Positions 9,293 to 18,757 of a stretch of 62,463 bases of DNA are shown here, in pieces. Under the pieces are notes generated by a model, which saw only the letters and a list, made by a program, of their open reading frames with translations, was not told the DNA's origin and did no database searches. The first letter of the stretch is position 1, and every line of letters starts with the position of its first letter. Source of the stretch: Acidobacteriota bacterium (GTDB lineage Bacteria; Acidobacteriota; Thermoanaerobaculia; UBA5066; Gp7-AA6); the NCBI GenBank assembly GCA_046724475.1, contig JBKOVK010000013.1, forward strand, positions 1 to 62,463, in the 5' to 3' direction. The position numbers and the translations under genes were made by a program.

Positions 9293-10597
9293 ATGAGCGC
9301 ATCCGGAGCCCTCGCCGCTGCGCCGGCGGCCCGCGAACGCCACCCTCGAGGTCTCTACGTTCTCTTCTGCGTCGAGCTGTGGGAGCGCTTCAGCTTCTAC
9401 ACGATGCTCGCGCTGTTCACGCTCTACCTCCAGGACAAGGCCGAAGGCTTCGGCTGGACGGATGCCCAGGCCACCACGCTCCGGGCGAACTACCTGCTGT
9501 TCGTCTTCTTCAGCCCGCTCATCGGCGGATGGCTGGCCGATCGCTTCCTGGGCTATCGCCGCGCGGTCATGATCGGAGGGTTCTTCTTCATCGCCGGGCA
9601 CATCCTGCTCGCCGTCCGGTCGCTGCCCATGGTGTACACGGCGCTCGCGTGCCTGGTCATCGGCAACGGGCTCTTCAAGCCCAACGTCTCGACGATCGTC
9701 GGCAACCTCTATCCCAAGGGCAGCCACCTGCGGGACCGCGCCTACAACATCTTCTACATGGGCATCAACACGGGAGCGACGGCGGGCCCCATCGTCGTCG
9801 AGTTCGTGCACCGCAAGTACGGCTTTCACCCGGCGTTCGCCGTGGCCGCGGTGGGGATGGTGATCTCGGTCGCGACGCTGATCGTTTTCCGCAAGTGGAT
9901 CGAGCCGGGGGACCGAACGCCCGGCGGCCGCGAGGACGTCGAGGACGCCAGCCCTCCGACGGCGATCGACGCCGTTCCGGAGGGCCGACGGATCTTCGCC
10001 CTGATCGTCATCTACCTGGTGTCGATCGTGTTCTGGATGATCTTTTTCCAGAACGGATCGACGTTGACGTACTGGGCCAACGACAATACCGACTGGAACT
10101 TCTCGGGCATCATCTCCAACGCGATCGAGCCCTTCTTCGTAATTGCGTTCTCGCTGCCCTTAGTCTGGCTCTGGAGGGAGCTGGACAAGCGCGGCAAGGA
10201 GCCGGCGACGACGACCAAGATCGCCTTCGGGATGTTCCTGATCTCCGCGGCGTTCTACGTGATGTATTTCGCCGGGAAGGCCGGAGGCGACACGGGCCGC
10301 GTGTCGCCCTGGTGGCTGATCGGCAGCTATGCGCTGGTGGGCCTCGCGGAGATCACCCTGTCGCCCATGGCGCTTTCGCTGGTTTCCAAGGTCGCACCGC
10401 GCCGATACCGAAGCCTGATGATGGGCGCCTGGTTCGTCGCGACCGGCCTCGGCGGCAAGCTGACCCAGATCGGCGTGTACTGGACGCAGTGGAAGCACTC
10501 GACCTTCTTCGGCGTGCTGGGAACGATGGCGCTCGCGACGGCCCTGCTCCTCGTGGTTCTGCTCAAGCCCCTCAAGCGGGCGATGCCCGGCGTCTGA
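9293..10597 (+). CDS. proton-dependent oligopeptide transporter (POT/PTR2, DtpT-like) of the MFS
   Basis: 434 aa. ELWERFSFYTMLALFTLYL...FSPLIGGWLADRFLGYRRAVMIGG matches the PTR2 signature region. About 12 TM segments. Confidence 0.85.
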   Translation: MSASGALAAAPAARERHPRGLYVLFCVELWERFSFYTMLALFTLYLQDKAEGFGWTDAQATTLRANYLLFVFFSPLIGGWLADRFLGYRRAVMIGGFFFIAGHILLAVRSLPMVYTALACLVIGNGLFKPNVSTIVGNLYPKGSHLRDRAYNIFYMGINTGATAGPIVVEFVHRKYGFHPAFAVAAVGMVISVATLIVFRKWIEPGDRTPGGREDVEDASPPTAIDAVPEGRRIFALIVIYLVSIVFWMIFFQNGSTLTYWANDNTDWNFSGIISNAIEPFFVIAFSLPLVWLWRELDKRGKEPATTTKIAFGMFLISAAFYVMYFAGKAGGDTGRVSPWWLIGSYALVGLAEITLSPMALSLVSKVAPRRYRSLMMGAWFVATGLGGKLTQIGVYWTQWKHSTFFGVLGTMALATALLLVVLLKPLKRAMPGV

Positions 10598-10728
10598 ACC
10601 GCTCCTCAAAAGGCTCCTTGCGGGCCGTTTCGCCGGTTATAAGCTTGGCCTCCTTAAGGCATATGTCAGCCACCGGACACGACCGGGCGAAGGTCTTGCA
10701 TGCGGTGTCGAGACAAGGAGGCCGAGCC

Positions 10729-12633
10729 ATGAGACCGGAGCAGCACGTTTTGTCAACGAGTGTACTGTTCGGGCGATTTTCGAGCGCCGGCCGCCTGTTC
10801 ACGCTCTGCCTGGTCATCGCGGCGTGGGCCGCCGTCGGACTCGCCCAGGTGCACACCGACTTTCCGATCACGACGGCCGGCAGCGGCCCGGAGGGAATCG
10901 TGACCGGTCCGGACGGCAACCTGTGGTTCTGCGAGGAGTTCGCCGACAAGATCGGCCGCATCACGCCGGACGGCACCGTCACGGAGTTTCCGATTCCGAC
11001 GGCGGGGGCGCACCCGGAAACCATCATCGTGGGCCCGGACGGCGCGATGTGGTTCACGGAGCTTCTCGGCAACAAGATCGGACGCATCACGACGGCCGGA
11101 GTCATCACCGAGTTCACGATTCCCACGGCCCACAGCGAGCCCGAAGGGGTCGCGCTCGGGCCCGACGGCAACATCTGGTTCCCCGAAACCGATGGCAACA
11201 AGATCGGGAGACTGACCACGAGCGGTGTCTTCACGGAATTCCCCATTCCGACCCCGGCGAGCCACCCGGAAGGCGGCATCGCCGGTCCGGACGGCAATCT
11301 CTGGTTCGTCGAGAACTTCGGGAAGAAGGTCCTTCGCGTGACGACGGCCGGAGCCATGACCGAGTTTCCGATTCCGACGGCCACGGCCGCTCCGTGGAAC
11401 ATCGCGCTCGGCCCGGACGGCAACCTCTGGTTCACGGAGGGAGCGGGGGAAAAGATCGGGCGGATCACGCCGGCGGGAGTCATCACCGAGTTTCCGGTGA
11501 CGACCCCCGGGACGCCGGACTACATCGTGGGTGGTCCCGACGGCAACATCTGGTACACCGAGTACTACGGGAACCTCGTCGGACGGATCACGCCGTCGGG
11601 TGTGATCACCGAGTTTCCCATTGCCGGCAGCAGTCATCCGTACGGGATCGGAACCGGACCCGACGGCGCGGTCTGGTTTTGCGAACAGGGCTTGAACAAG
11701 ATCGGGCGTCTGACCACCGGACCGGCCATCCCCGATTCGATGGACGTCGACGCGAGCGGAAATCACGTGCTCGAAGCGGGGGAGACAGCGGTGGTCGCTC
11801 CGACCTGGACCAACACGCTCGTCACGGGACAGGCCCTGACGGGAGCCGCCACCGGTCTGACGGGGCCTGGCGGTCCGACCTACACGATCAACGACTCGAC
11901 CGCGGACTACGGGACGATCGCCGCGGAATCCTCCGGCAGCTGCGCGACCGGAGGGGATTGCTATGAGATGACGATCTCGGGCTCGCGGCCGGCTCCCCAT
12001 TGGGACGCGACGTTCACCGAGACGCTCACCCCCGGACCCGTGACGAAGAGCTGGAAGCTCCACGTCGGCGGAAGCTTCCCGGACGTCCCGACGTCGCACC
12101 AGTTCTACGCGTTCATCGAGAACCTGTTCCACAATGCCGTGACCGGCGGCTGCACCGGCGGCAATTACTGTCCCGCCAACCCCGTCACGCGGGCCCAGAT
12201 GGCGGTGTTCCTGATGAAGGGAAGACAGGGCGCCACCCTCTACACGCCCCCGCCGGCCACGGGGACCGTGTTCCTCGACGTCCACATCGGGGACTTCGCG
12301 GCCGACTGGATCGAGGCGCTCGCGGGCTTCCAGATCACCGGAGGCTGCGGCAACGGAAACTACTGCCCGTCGAGCTCCGTTACGCGCGCCCAGATGGCCG
12401 TGTTCCTGCTGAAAGCCGAGCACGGGTCGGCGTACACGCCCCCCGGCTGCACGGGCGTCTTCAACGACGTGCCGTGCCCGAGTCAGTTCGCCGACTGGAT
12501 CGAGCAGCTCGCCGACGAGGGAATCACGGGAGGCTGCGGGGGCGGCAACTATTGCCCCAACGATCCCATCACGCGGGGACAGATGGCCGTCTTCCTCGTC
12601 AAGACGTTCAAGCTGCTGCTGTACGGGCCGTAG
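10729..12633 (+). CDS. secreted Vgb-like (virginiamycin B lyase family) 7-bladed beta-propeller protein with three C-terminal SLH-like modules
   Basis: ATG 10729 is preceded by AAGGAGG (10715-10721). Signal peptide ...AAWAAVGLA/QV. Seven repeats of GPDGN(L/I)WF.E...NKIGRIT..G.ITEFPIPT. The C-terminus has three FxDVP...TGGCGxGNYCP...TRAQMAVFL modules. The 1183-aa track ORF (9082..) is an off-frame N-terminal extension over the POT gene. An in-frame alternative ATG exists at 10663. Confidence 0.85.
   Translation: MRPEQHVLSTSVLFGRFSSAGRLFTLCLVIAAWAAVGLAQVHTDFPITTAGSGPEGIVTGPDGNLWFCEEFADKIGRITPDGTVTEFPIPTAGAHPETIIVGPDGAMWFTELLGNKIGRITTAGVITEFTIPTAHSEPEGVALGPDGNIWFPETDGNKIGRLTTSGVFTEFPIPTPASHPEGGIAGPDGNLWFVENFGKKVLRVTTAGAMTEFPIPTATAAPWNIALGPDGNLWFTEGAGEKIGRITPAGVITEFPVTTPGTPDYIVGGPDGNIWYTEYYGNLVGRITPSGVITEFPIAGSSHPYGIGTGPDGAVWFCEQGLNKIGRLTTGPAIPDSMDVDASGNHVLEAGETAVVAPTWTNTLVTGQALTGAATGLTGPGGPTYTINDSTADYGTIAAESSGSCATGGDCYEMTISGSRPAPHWDATFTETLTPGPVTKSWKLHVGGSFPDVPTSHQFYAFIENLFHNAVTGGCTGGNYCPANPVTRAQMAVFLMKGRQGATLYTPPPATGTVFLDVHIGDFAADWIEALAGFQITGGCGNGNYCPSSSVTRAQMAVFLLKAEHGSAYTPPGCTGVFNDVPCPSQFADWIEQLADEGITGGCGGGNYCPNDPITRGQMAVFLVKTFKLLLYGP
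10852..11720 (+). repeat. seven tandem ~42-aa (~126-nt) propeller-blade repeats inside the CDS
   Basis: Repeated units read directly from the translation: GPEGIVTGPDGNLWFCEEFADKIGRITPDGTVTEFPIPTAGAH / PETIIVGPDGAMWFTELLGNKIGRITTAGVITEFTIPTAHSE / ... through GIGTGPDGAVWFCEQGLNKIGRLTT. The nucleotide copies have diverged. Boundaries are approximate. Confidence 0.8.
12075..12630 (+). repeat. three tandem SLH-like modules (~60 aa each) carrying a conserved Cys pair
   Basis: FPDVPTSHQFYAFIENLFHNAVTGGCTGGNYCPANPVTRAQMAVFLMK / FLDVHIGDFAADWIEALAGFQITGGCGNGNYCPSSSVTRAQMAVFLLK / FNDVPCPSQFADWIEQLADEGITGGCGGGNYCPNDPITRGQMAVFLVK. Confidence 0.65.
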
Positions 12634-12650
12634 GCGAACGGGGAGGTTCC

Positions 12651-12836
12651 ATGAGCACGTTCGACAAGAAACCGGATGAGAAGAATCCTCGGGACGAACA
12701 GGGGTTCCGCGAGAACCCCGCCGAGCAGGGGCTGAAGACGCCGCCGAAGGTCCCGTTTGGCGAGGACTCGGGCGAGTGGACCCGCGGCGGCGGAACCGAC
12801 ACGAGCGAGGAACCGGCGAAACCGACGCGCGAGTAG
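12651..12836 (+). CDS. small hydrophilic, probably disordered hypothetical protein (61 aa)
   Basis: ATG 12651 lies 5 nt after GGGAGG. GC-rich third positions. Product MSTFDKKPDEKNPRDEQGFRENPAEQGLKTPPKVPFGEDSGEWTRGGGTDTSEEPAKPTRE. No recognisable family. Confidence 0.45.
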   Translation: MSTFDKKPDEKNPRDEQGFRENPAEQGLKTPPKVPFGEDSGEWTRGGGTDTSEEPAKPTRE

Positions 12837-12844
12837 CGACGTGC

Positions 12845-12921
12845 TGGTGGGCCGTCTGGGACTCGAACCCAGGACCACCGGCTTAAAAGGCCGATGCTCT
12901 AACCAACTGAGCTAACGGCCC
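12845..12921 (-). tRNA. tRNA-Lys (anticodon UUU), CCA encoded
   Basis: The reverse complement gggccgttagctcagttggttagagcatcggccttttaagccggtggtcctgggttcgagtcccagacggcccacca folds as a cloverleaf: 7-bp acceptor gggccgt/acggccc, anticodon loop cuUUUaa, T-loop ttcgagt. Confidence 0.93.
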
Positions 12922-12989
12922 GTCCGTTAGGGCAAAAGAGGATACACTGGCTCTGCGACCCGAATCGCGACGAACCGGCCTGCGTCAAC

Positions 12990-13187
12990 TCACCAGACGG
13001 GGCCGCCCATGTAAACGCCGCCGCCCCAGCCAGATCCCCAGCAACACGGTCCGTACCAGCCGGGGTATCCGTAACTGACGCCGACGTAGGTGGTCGTCTC
13101 GCAACCGACGGTGGCGGTCGCGAGGGCGACGAGCACGAGCAGGACGAGGAGGCGAAGGGGGTTCCGCGAGCGGTTGCGCATGGTCAT
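12990..13187 (-). CDS. small lipoprotein with a Gly/Trp/Tyr/Cys-rich 37-aa mature part
   Basis: 65 aa. GAGGA lies 5 nt before ATG 13187. Signal peptide plus lipobox LATATVG/C. Mature ETTTYVGVSYGYPGWYGPCCWGSGWGGGVYMGGPVW. Confidence 0.6.
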   Translation of the reverse strand: MTMRNRSRNPLRLLVLLVLVALATATVGCETTTYVGVSYGYPGWYGPCCWGSGWGGGVYMGGPVW

Positions 13188-13200
13188 GTTTTCCTCGCGA

Positions 13201-14091
13201 TCAGTACGGGTATTTCTGGAGGGCGACGACGGCGCCGGTCGGGTCGGCCACGACGGCGAGTGTGCCCTTGCGAAGGTTCGGGTGCGGCGCGAGCAGGACC
13301 TTGCCGCCGAGACCCGCGACGCGGGCGGCGAGGGCGGCAGGGTCGCTGACCAAGACGTACGGAAGCCAGTTTGGCGGCACGTCCTTTTTGTCGTCGGGGA
13401 GGCGAAAGACGCCGGCCTTGGCGCCGCCGTGCTTCAACAGGGCGTAGCTCGCTCCCGACTCGCTTTTCGAGACCGTCATCTCGAAGGGGACGAGCCCGTT
13501 GTAGAAGGTGACGGTGGCGTCGAGATCGTGCGTGAGGTACTCGTTCCAGAAGAAAGTGCCTTCGATCGGCGCGGATGGGTCGGCAGGATCTCCCGCGGAG
13601 AGACGGACGAGGCCGAACGGCGCGCCCTGAGGGTCACGAAGGACCGCGGCGCGTCCGTGCGTGTCGATGTCGAGCGGTCCGGCGAGCACTCCGGCGCCTT
13701 CGGCTTTCGCCTTCGCGACCGCGGCATCCACGTCGGCCACCGACATGTACGAGAGCCAGTGGGCGGGAGTCTTGCCGGCTCTGTCCGGATTCGGAGCGTG
13801 GATTCCACCGATAGGAGTCTTTCCCATTCTCGCGACGGTGTAGGGGCGGCCCAAAACCGTCGTGTCGACGTACTCCCAGCCCAGCAACGACGCGTAGAAC
13901 TTCTTGCAGGCCGCGGAGTCTTCGGTGGTCAGGTCGTGCCAGACGAACTTGCCGGGAGTGGTCGCGGCCGGAGCGGCGGCCGGCGCCGTGCCGCCGGTGC
14001 TGCATCCGAAGGGAATTGCGGCGACCGCAGCGAGAACCAGGACGGCGCTGCATCGCGTCCGGAACGAACGACCCGGGCTCGAATGAAACAT
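13201..14091 (-). CDS. lipoprotein with tandem VOC (glyoxalase/bleomycin-resistance fold) domains
   Basis: 296 aa. Lipobox AIPFG/C. Two copies of a VOC-like pattern (KFVWHDLTTEDSAACKKFYASLLGW...GRAAVLRDPQGAPFGL and FFWNEYLTHDLDATVTFYNGLV...GTLAVVADPTGAVVAL). Confidence 0.7.
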   Translation of the reverse strand: MFHSSPGRSFRTRCSAVLVLAAVAAIPFGCSTGGTAPAAAPAATTPGKFVWHDLTTEDSAACKKFYASLLGWEYVDTTVLGRPYTVARMGKTPIGGIHAPNPDRAGKTPAHWLSYMSVADVDAAVAKAKAEGAGVLAGPLDIDTHGRAAVLRDPQGAPFGLVRLSAGDPADPSAPIEGTFFWNEYLTHDLDATVTFYNGLVPFEMTVSKSESGASYALLKHGGAKAGVFRLPDDKKDVPPNWLPYVLVSDPAALAARVAGLGGKVLLAPHPNLRKGTLAVVADPTGAVVALQKYPY

Positions 14092-14137
14092 CCTCGCAGC
14101 ATATCCGACGCCCTCGTCAGAGAGCCGAACGCCCGAA

Positions 14138-15448
14138 CTAGGACTCCGGCGGCAGCCCCGTCAGGAACGGGGTTTCGGGACGCCAGATCGTCTCTTCGCG
14201 GCGAGGACCGGTGGAGATCAGAACCGCGGGCGCGCCGACGGCATCCTCGAGGGCGCGCACGTATCGCTGGGCGGCCGAGGGGAGTTGCTCGTAGCGCGTG
14301 AGGCCCGTGGTCGTCGTCTTCCAGCCCGGAAGCTTTTCATACTCCGGCTCCAGCCGCGCGACGTCCTCGGCGAGCGCGGGCAGGGCCGAAAGGGGCTGAC
14401 CGTCGAGCTTGTAGCCGAGGCTGATGGGAATCTCGTCGAGCTCGTCGAGGCAGTCGAGCTTGGTGATCGCGACGGCGGAGGCGCCCGAGAGCTCGACCGC
14501 GGTCCGGGCCACGACCGCGTCGAACCATCCCGTCCGTCGAGGGCGTCCGGTCGAGGTGCCGTATTCGTTGCCGCGTTTGCGCAGGTACTCGCCGGTGTCC
14601 TCGCGAAGCTCGGTGGGAAACGGTCCCGCGCCGACGCGCGTGGAATAAGCCTTGAGCACCAGGAGGCTCGCGTCGAGGGCTCCGGGAGCGATCTCCAGCC
14701 CCGTCGCGACGGCTCCGGCCGAGCAGTGCGACGACGTGACGAAGGGATACGTGCCGGAGGTTAAGTCGAGCATTGCGCCGTGCGCGCCCTCGGCGAGGAG
14801 CGTCGCCCCGGACTTCAATCGGGTGCGCAGGTATCGTCCGGTGTCGCCGACGTGACCTCGGATCCGTTCGGCGCAGGGGCCGAGATTCGCAATGACGTCG
14901 TCGGCGGTCGGGACCGTCGTCTCGCCCATGCACTGGAGCAGCTTGCCGGTCTCCTCCGCGATGGCGCCGACGCGTGAGGCGAGCGTCGCCGGCCGAAACA
15001 GCTCTGCGACGCGGATGGCGCGACGCGCCGCGACCGACTCGTAAGCCGGACCGATTCCGCGGAGCGTCGTGCCGATCTTTGCGTCGCCGGCGGCCCTCTC
15101 CCGGGCGGCGTCGAGGAGGCGGTGGTAGGGAAGGATCAGCGCGGCGCGATCCGAGATCATGAGGTTCTCGCCGATCGACACGCCGGCGGCCTCCAGCTCG
15201 TCGATCTCCTTCAGCAGCGCATCCAGATCGAGAACGACGCCCGGCCCGATGACGCCCATGCGGCCGCGCACGACTCCGGCCGGCAGCAGGTGGAGCGCGA
15301 AGTGGCGGTTGCCGAACTTGACCGTATGCCCGGCGTTGTGCCCGCCGTGGTAGCGGGCCACGATGTCGAAGCGATTGGCAAAAAGGTCGACGACCTTTCC
15401 CTTGCCCTCATCGCCCCATTGACCGCCCAAGACGGCAACAACCTTCAC
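14138..15448 (-). CDS. purA: adenylosuccinate synthase
   Basis: 436 aa. MKVVAVLGGQWGDEGKGKVVDLF...GGHNAGHTV...TTLRGIGPAYE...GNEYGTSTGRPRRTGWFD are PurA motifs. Confidence 0.96.
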   Translation of the reverse strand: MKVVAVLGGQWGDEGKGKVVDLFANRFDIVARYHGGHNAGHTVKFGNRHFALHLLPAGVVRGRMGVIGPGVVLDLDALLKEIDELEAAGVSIGENLMISDRAALILPYHRLLDAARERAAGDAKIGTTLRGIGPAYESVAARRAIRVAELFRPATLASRVGAIAEETGKLLQCMGETTVPTADDVIANLGPCAERIRGHVGDTGRYLRTRLKSGATLLAEGAHGAMLDLTSGTYPFVTSSHCSAGAVATGLEIAPGALDASLLVLKAYSTRVGAGPFPTELREDTGEYLRKRGNEYGTSTGRPRRTGWFDAVVARTAVELSGASAVAITKLDCLDELDEIPISLGYKLDGQPLSALPALAEDVARLEPEYEKLPGWKTTTTGLTRYEQLPSAAQRYVRALEDAVGAPAVLISTGPRREETIWRPETPFLTGLPPES

Positions 15449-15512
15449 GCGTACGCTCCCTGTCGTTCGGCCAAGCAGCGCAGGCTAACAGAGCCGCGGC
15501 CTGCTGTCAGCT

Positions 15513-15518
15513 TAGAAT
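15513..15518 (+). promoter_or_regulatory. candidate -10 hexamer TAGAAT before hutH
   Basis: TAGAAT lies 9 nt before GTG 15528. The same hexamer recurs at 45239-45244 (prs), 46210-46215 (rplY) and 35355-35350 on the minus strand (MshEN paralog A). Confidence 0.3.
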
Positions 15519-15527
15519 CGGCAGCCG

Positions 15528-17045
15528 GTGACGATCTTAAAGCTCACGGGCCGCGGCCTGACGCTCGACGCGTTGGAGGCGGTGGCCCTCCGGCGCGTCC
15601 GGGTGTCGCTCGATCCACGCGCGCGTCAGGCAATGGCCGCGTCCCGGCGCGTGGTCGACCGCGCGATCCGGAGCGGCGAGAAGGTCTATGGCGTGACGAC
15701 CGGCTTCGGCAAGTTCGCCGACGTCGCGATTCCCCGCGATCAGATCGAGACGCTGCAGCGCAATCTCATCCGCAGCCATGCCGCCGGCGTCGGGGCGCCG
15801 CTCGCCGACGAAGCCGTGCGGGCGATGATGGCCCTCAGGGCCAACGCGCTCGCGCTGGGAAATTCTGGAATTCGCGTTTCCACGGTCGAGACGCTTCTGG
15901 GAATGCTCGCGGCGGACGTTCTGCCGGTCGTTCCGTCCCAGGGCTCCGTGGGAGCTTCCGGAGATCTTGCGCCGCTCTCGCACCTCGCACTCGCCCTGAT
16001 CGGAGAGGGCCTCGTCCGCGTGCGCGGCCGCGAGAAGCCCGCGCGCGAGGCTCTGCGGAAGGCGAGGCTCACGCCCGTGACTCTCGGCGCCAAGGAAGGA
16101 CTGGCGCTGATCAACGGAGTCCAGATGTCGGTCGCCGTCGGCGGTCTCGCGCTGCAGCGCGCGACGCGGCTGGCGAAGATCGCGGACGTCGCAGGCGCCG
16201 CGTCGCTGGATGCGTCAAGGGGCTCGGACGCGGCCTTCGACGCGCGGGTCGTTGGTGCGCGGCCTCACCCGGGCGCGCTCACGAGCGCTGCGAACCTGAG
16301 GGCCCTCATCCGAGGCAGCGCGATTCGCGAATCGCACCGCGGCTGCGGCCGGGTCCAGGACAACTACGCGCTCCGGTGCATGCCGCAGGTGCACGGCGCC
16401 GCGCGGGACGCGTTCGCGCACGCGCGGGACGTCCTGGAGCGCGAGATGAACAGCGCCACGGACAACCCCCTCGTGTTCTCGAAGAGGGGAGACATCGTCT
16501 CCGGCGGAAACTTCCACGGCGCCCCGGTGGGCTACGTGCTCGACTACGCGGCGATCGCCGCCACTGACCTGGCTTCGATCTCCGAGCGGCGGATCGAGAA
16601 GCTGTTGAATCCCGCGCTGTCCGAGCTGCCGGCGTTCCTGGTGCCGTCGGGAGGTTTGAATTCGGGCCTGATGATGGCCCAGGTGGCCGCGGCGGGGCTC
16701 GTGTCGGAGTCGAAGGTGCTGTCGCATCCCGCCTCCGTCGACTCGATCCCGACCTCGGCGGCGAAGGAAGATCACGTCTCGATGTCGCCCATCGCGGCGC
16801 GAAAACTCTCCGCCGTCGTCGACAATCTCGAGCGTGTTCTGGCGATCGAGATGATCGCGGCCTTCCAGGCGATGGAATTCCTGGAGCCCCTGAAGACTTC
16901 GCCGCGCCTCGAGCGCGTGCGCCAGGAGTTTCGCCGCGTGGTGCGGCCCTGGACGACCGATCGGGAGCTTTACCGCGACCTCGACCGCGCCCGGGAATTC
17001 CTCGCGGGAGAGGCGCTCGCGCGGGAGCTCGCGTCCCTGTCGTGA
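15528..17045 (+). CDS. hutH: histidine ammonia-lyase
   Basis: 505 aa with a GTG start. [14 protein letters not shown]...[18 protein letters not shown] (the ASG MIO-forming triad)...QDNYALRC...NFHGAP. Confidence 0.95.
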   Translation: MTILKLTGRGLTLDALEAVALRRVRVSLDPRARQAMAASRRVVDRAIRSGEKVYGVTTGFGKFADVAIPRDQIETLQRNLIRSHAAGVGAPLADEAVRAMMALRANALALGNSGIRVSTVETLLGMLAADVLPVVPSQGSVGASGDLAPLSHLALALIGEGLVRVRGREKPAREALRKARLTPVTLGAKEGLALINGVQMSVAVGGLALQRATRLAKIADVAGAASLDASRGSDAAFDARVVGARPHPGALTSAANLRALIRGSAIRESHRGCGRVQDNYALRCMPQVHGAARDAFAHARDVLEREMNSATDNPLVFSKRGDIVSGGNFHGAPVGYVLDYAAIAATDLASISERRIEKLLNPALSELPAFLVPSGGLNSGLMMAQVAAAGLVSESKVLSHPASVDSIPTSAAKEDHVSMSPIAARKLSAVVDNLERVLAIEMIAAFQAMEFLEPLKTSPRLERVRQEFRRVVRPWTTDRELYRDLDRAREFLAGEALARELASLS

Positions 17046-17070
17046 GGGCGACCCAACCTATAATCCGCTC

Positions 17071-18741
<1,671 letters not shown>

Positions 18742-18757
18742 AGAGGGCGACGCGACG

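Noticed and set aside
9082-10728. N-terminal 549 codons of the 1183-aa ORF 9082..12633. Similar long N-terminal extensions occur in 1561..3588, 3734..5209, 4843..7530, 35376..36839, 35669..37786, 33073..34569, 39187..40515, 40233..41372, 40853..41707, 48532..49740 and 59277..60797.
   Set aside because: The upstream parts overlap neighbouring real genes out of frame and are low-complexity. Internal starts with SDs or 4-nt stop/start overlaps give proteins of canonical length.
10729-11740. Calling the Vgb-like propeller a streptogramin (virginiamycin B) resistance gene
   Set aside because: The signal peptide and the SLH-like anchoring argue for a surface protein. The catalytic residues cannot be verified by eye. 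Repeat-family resemblance alone does not support a resistance call.
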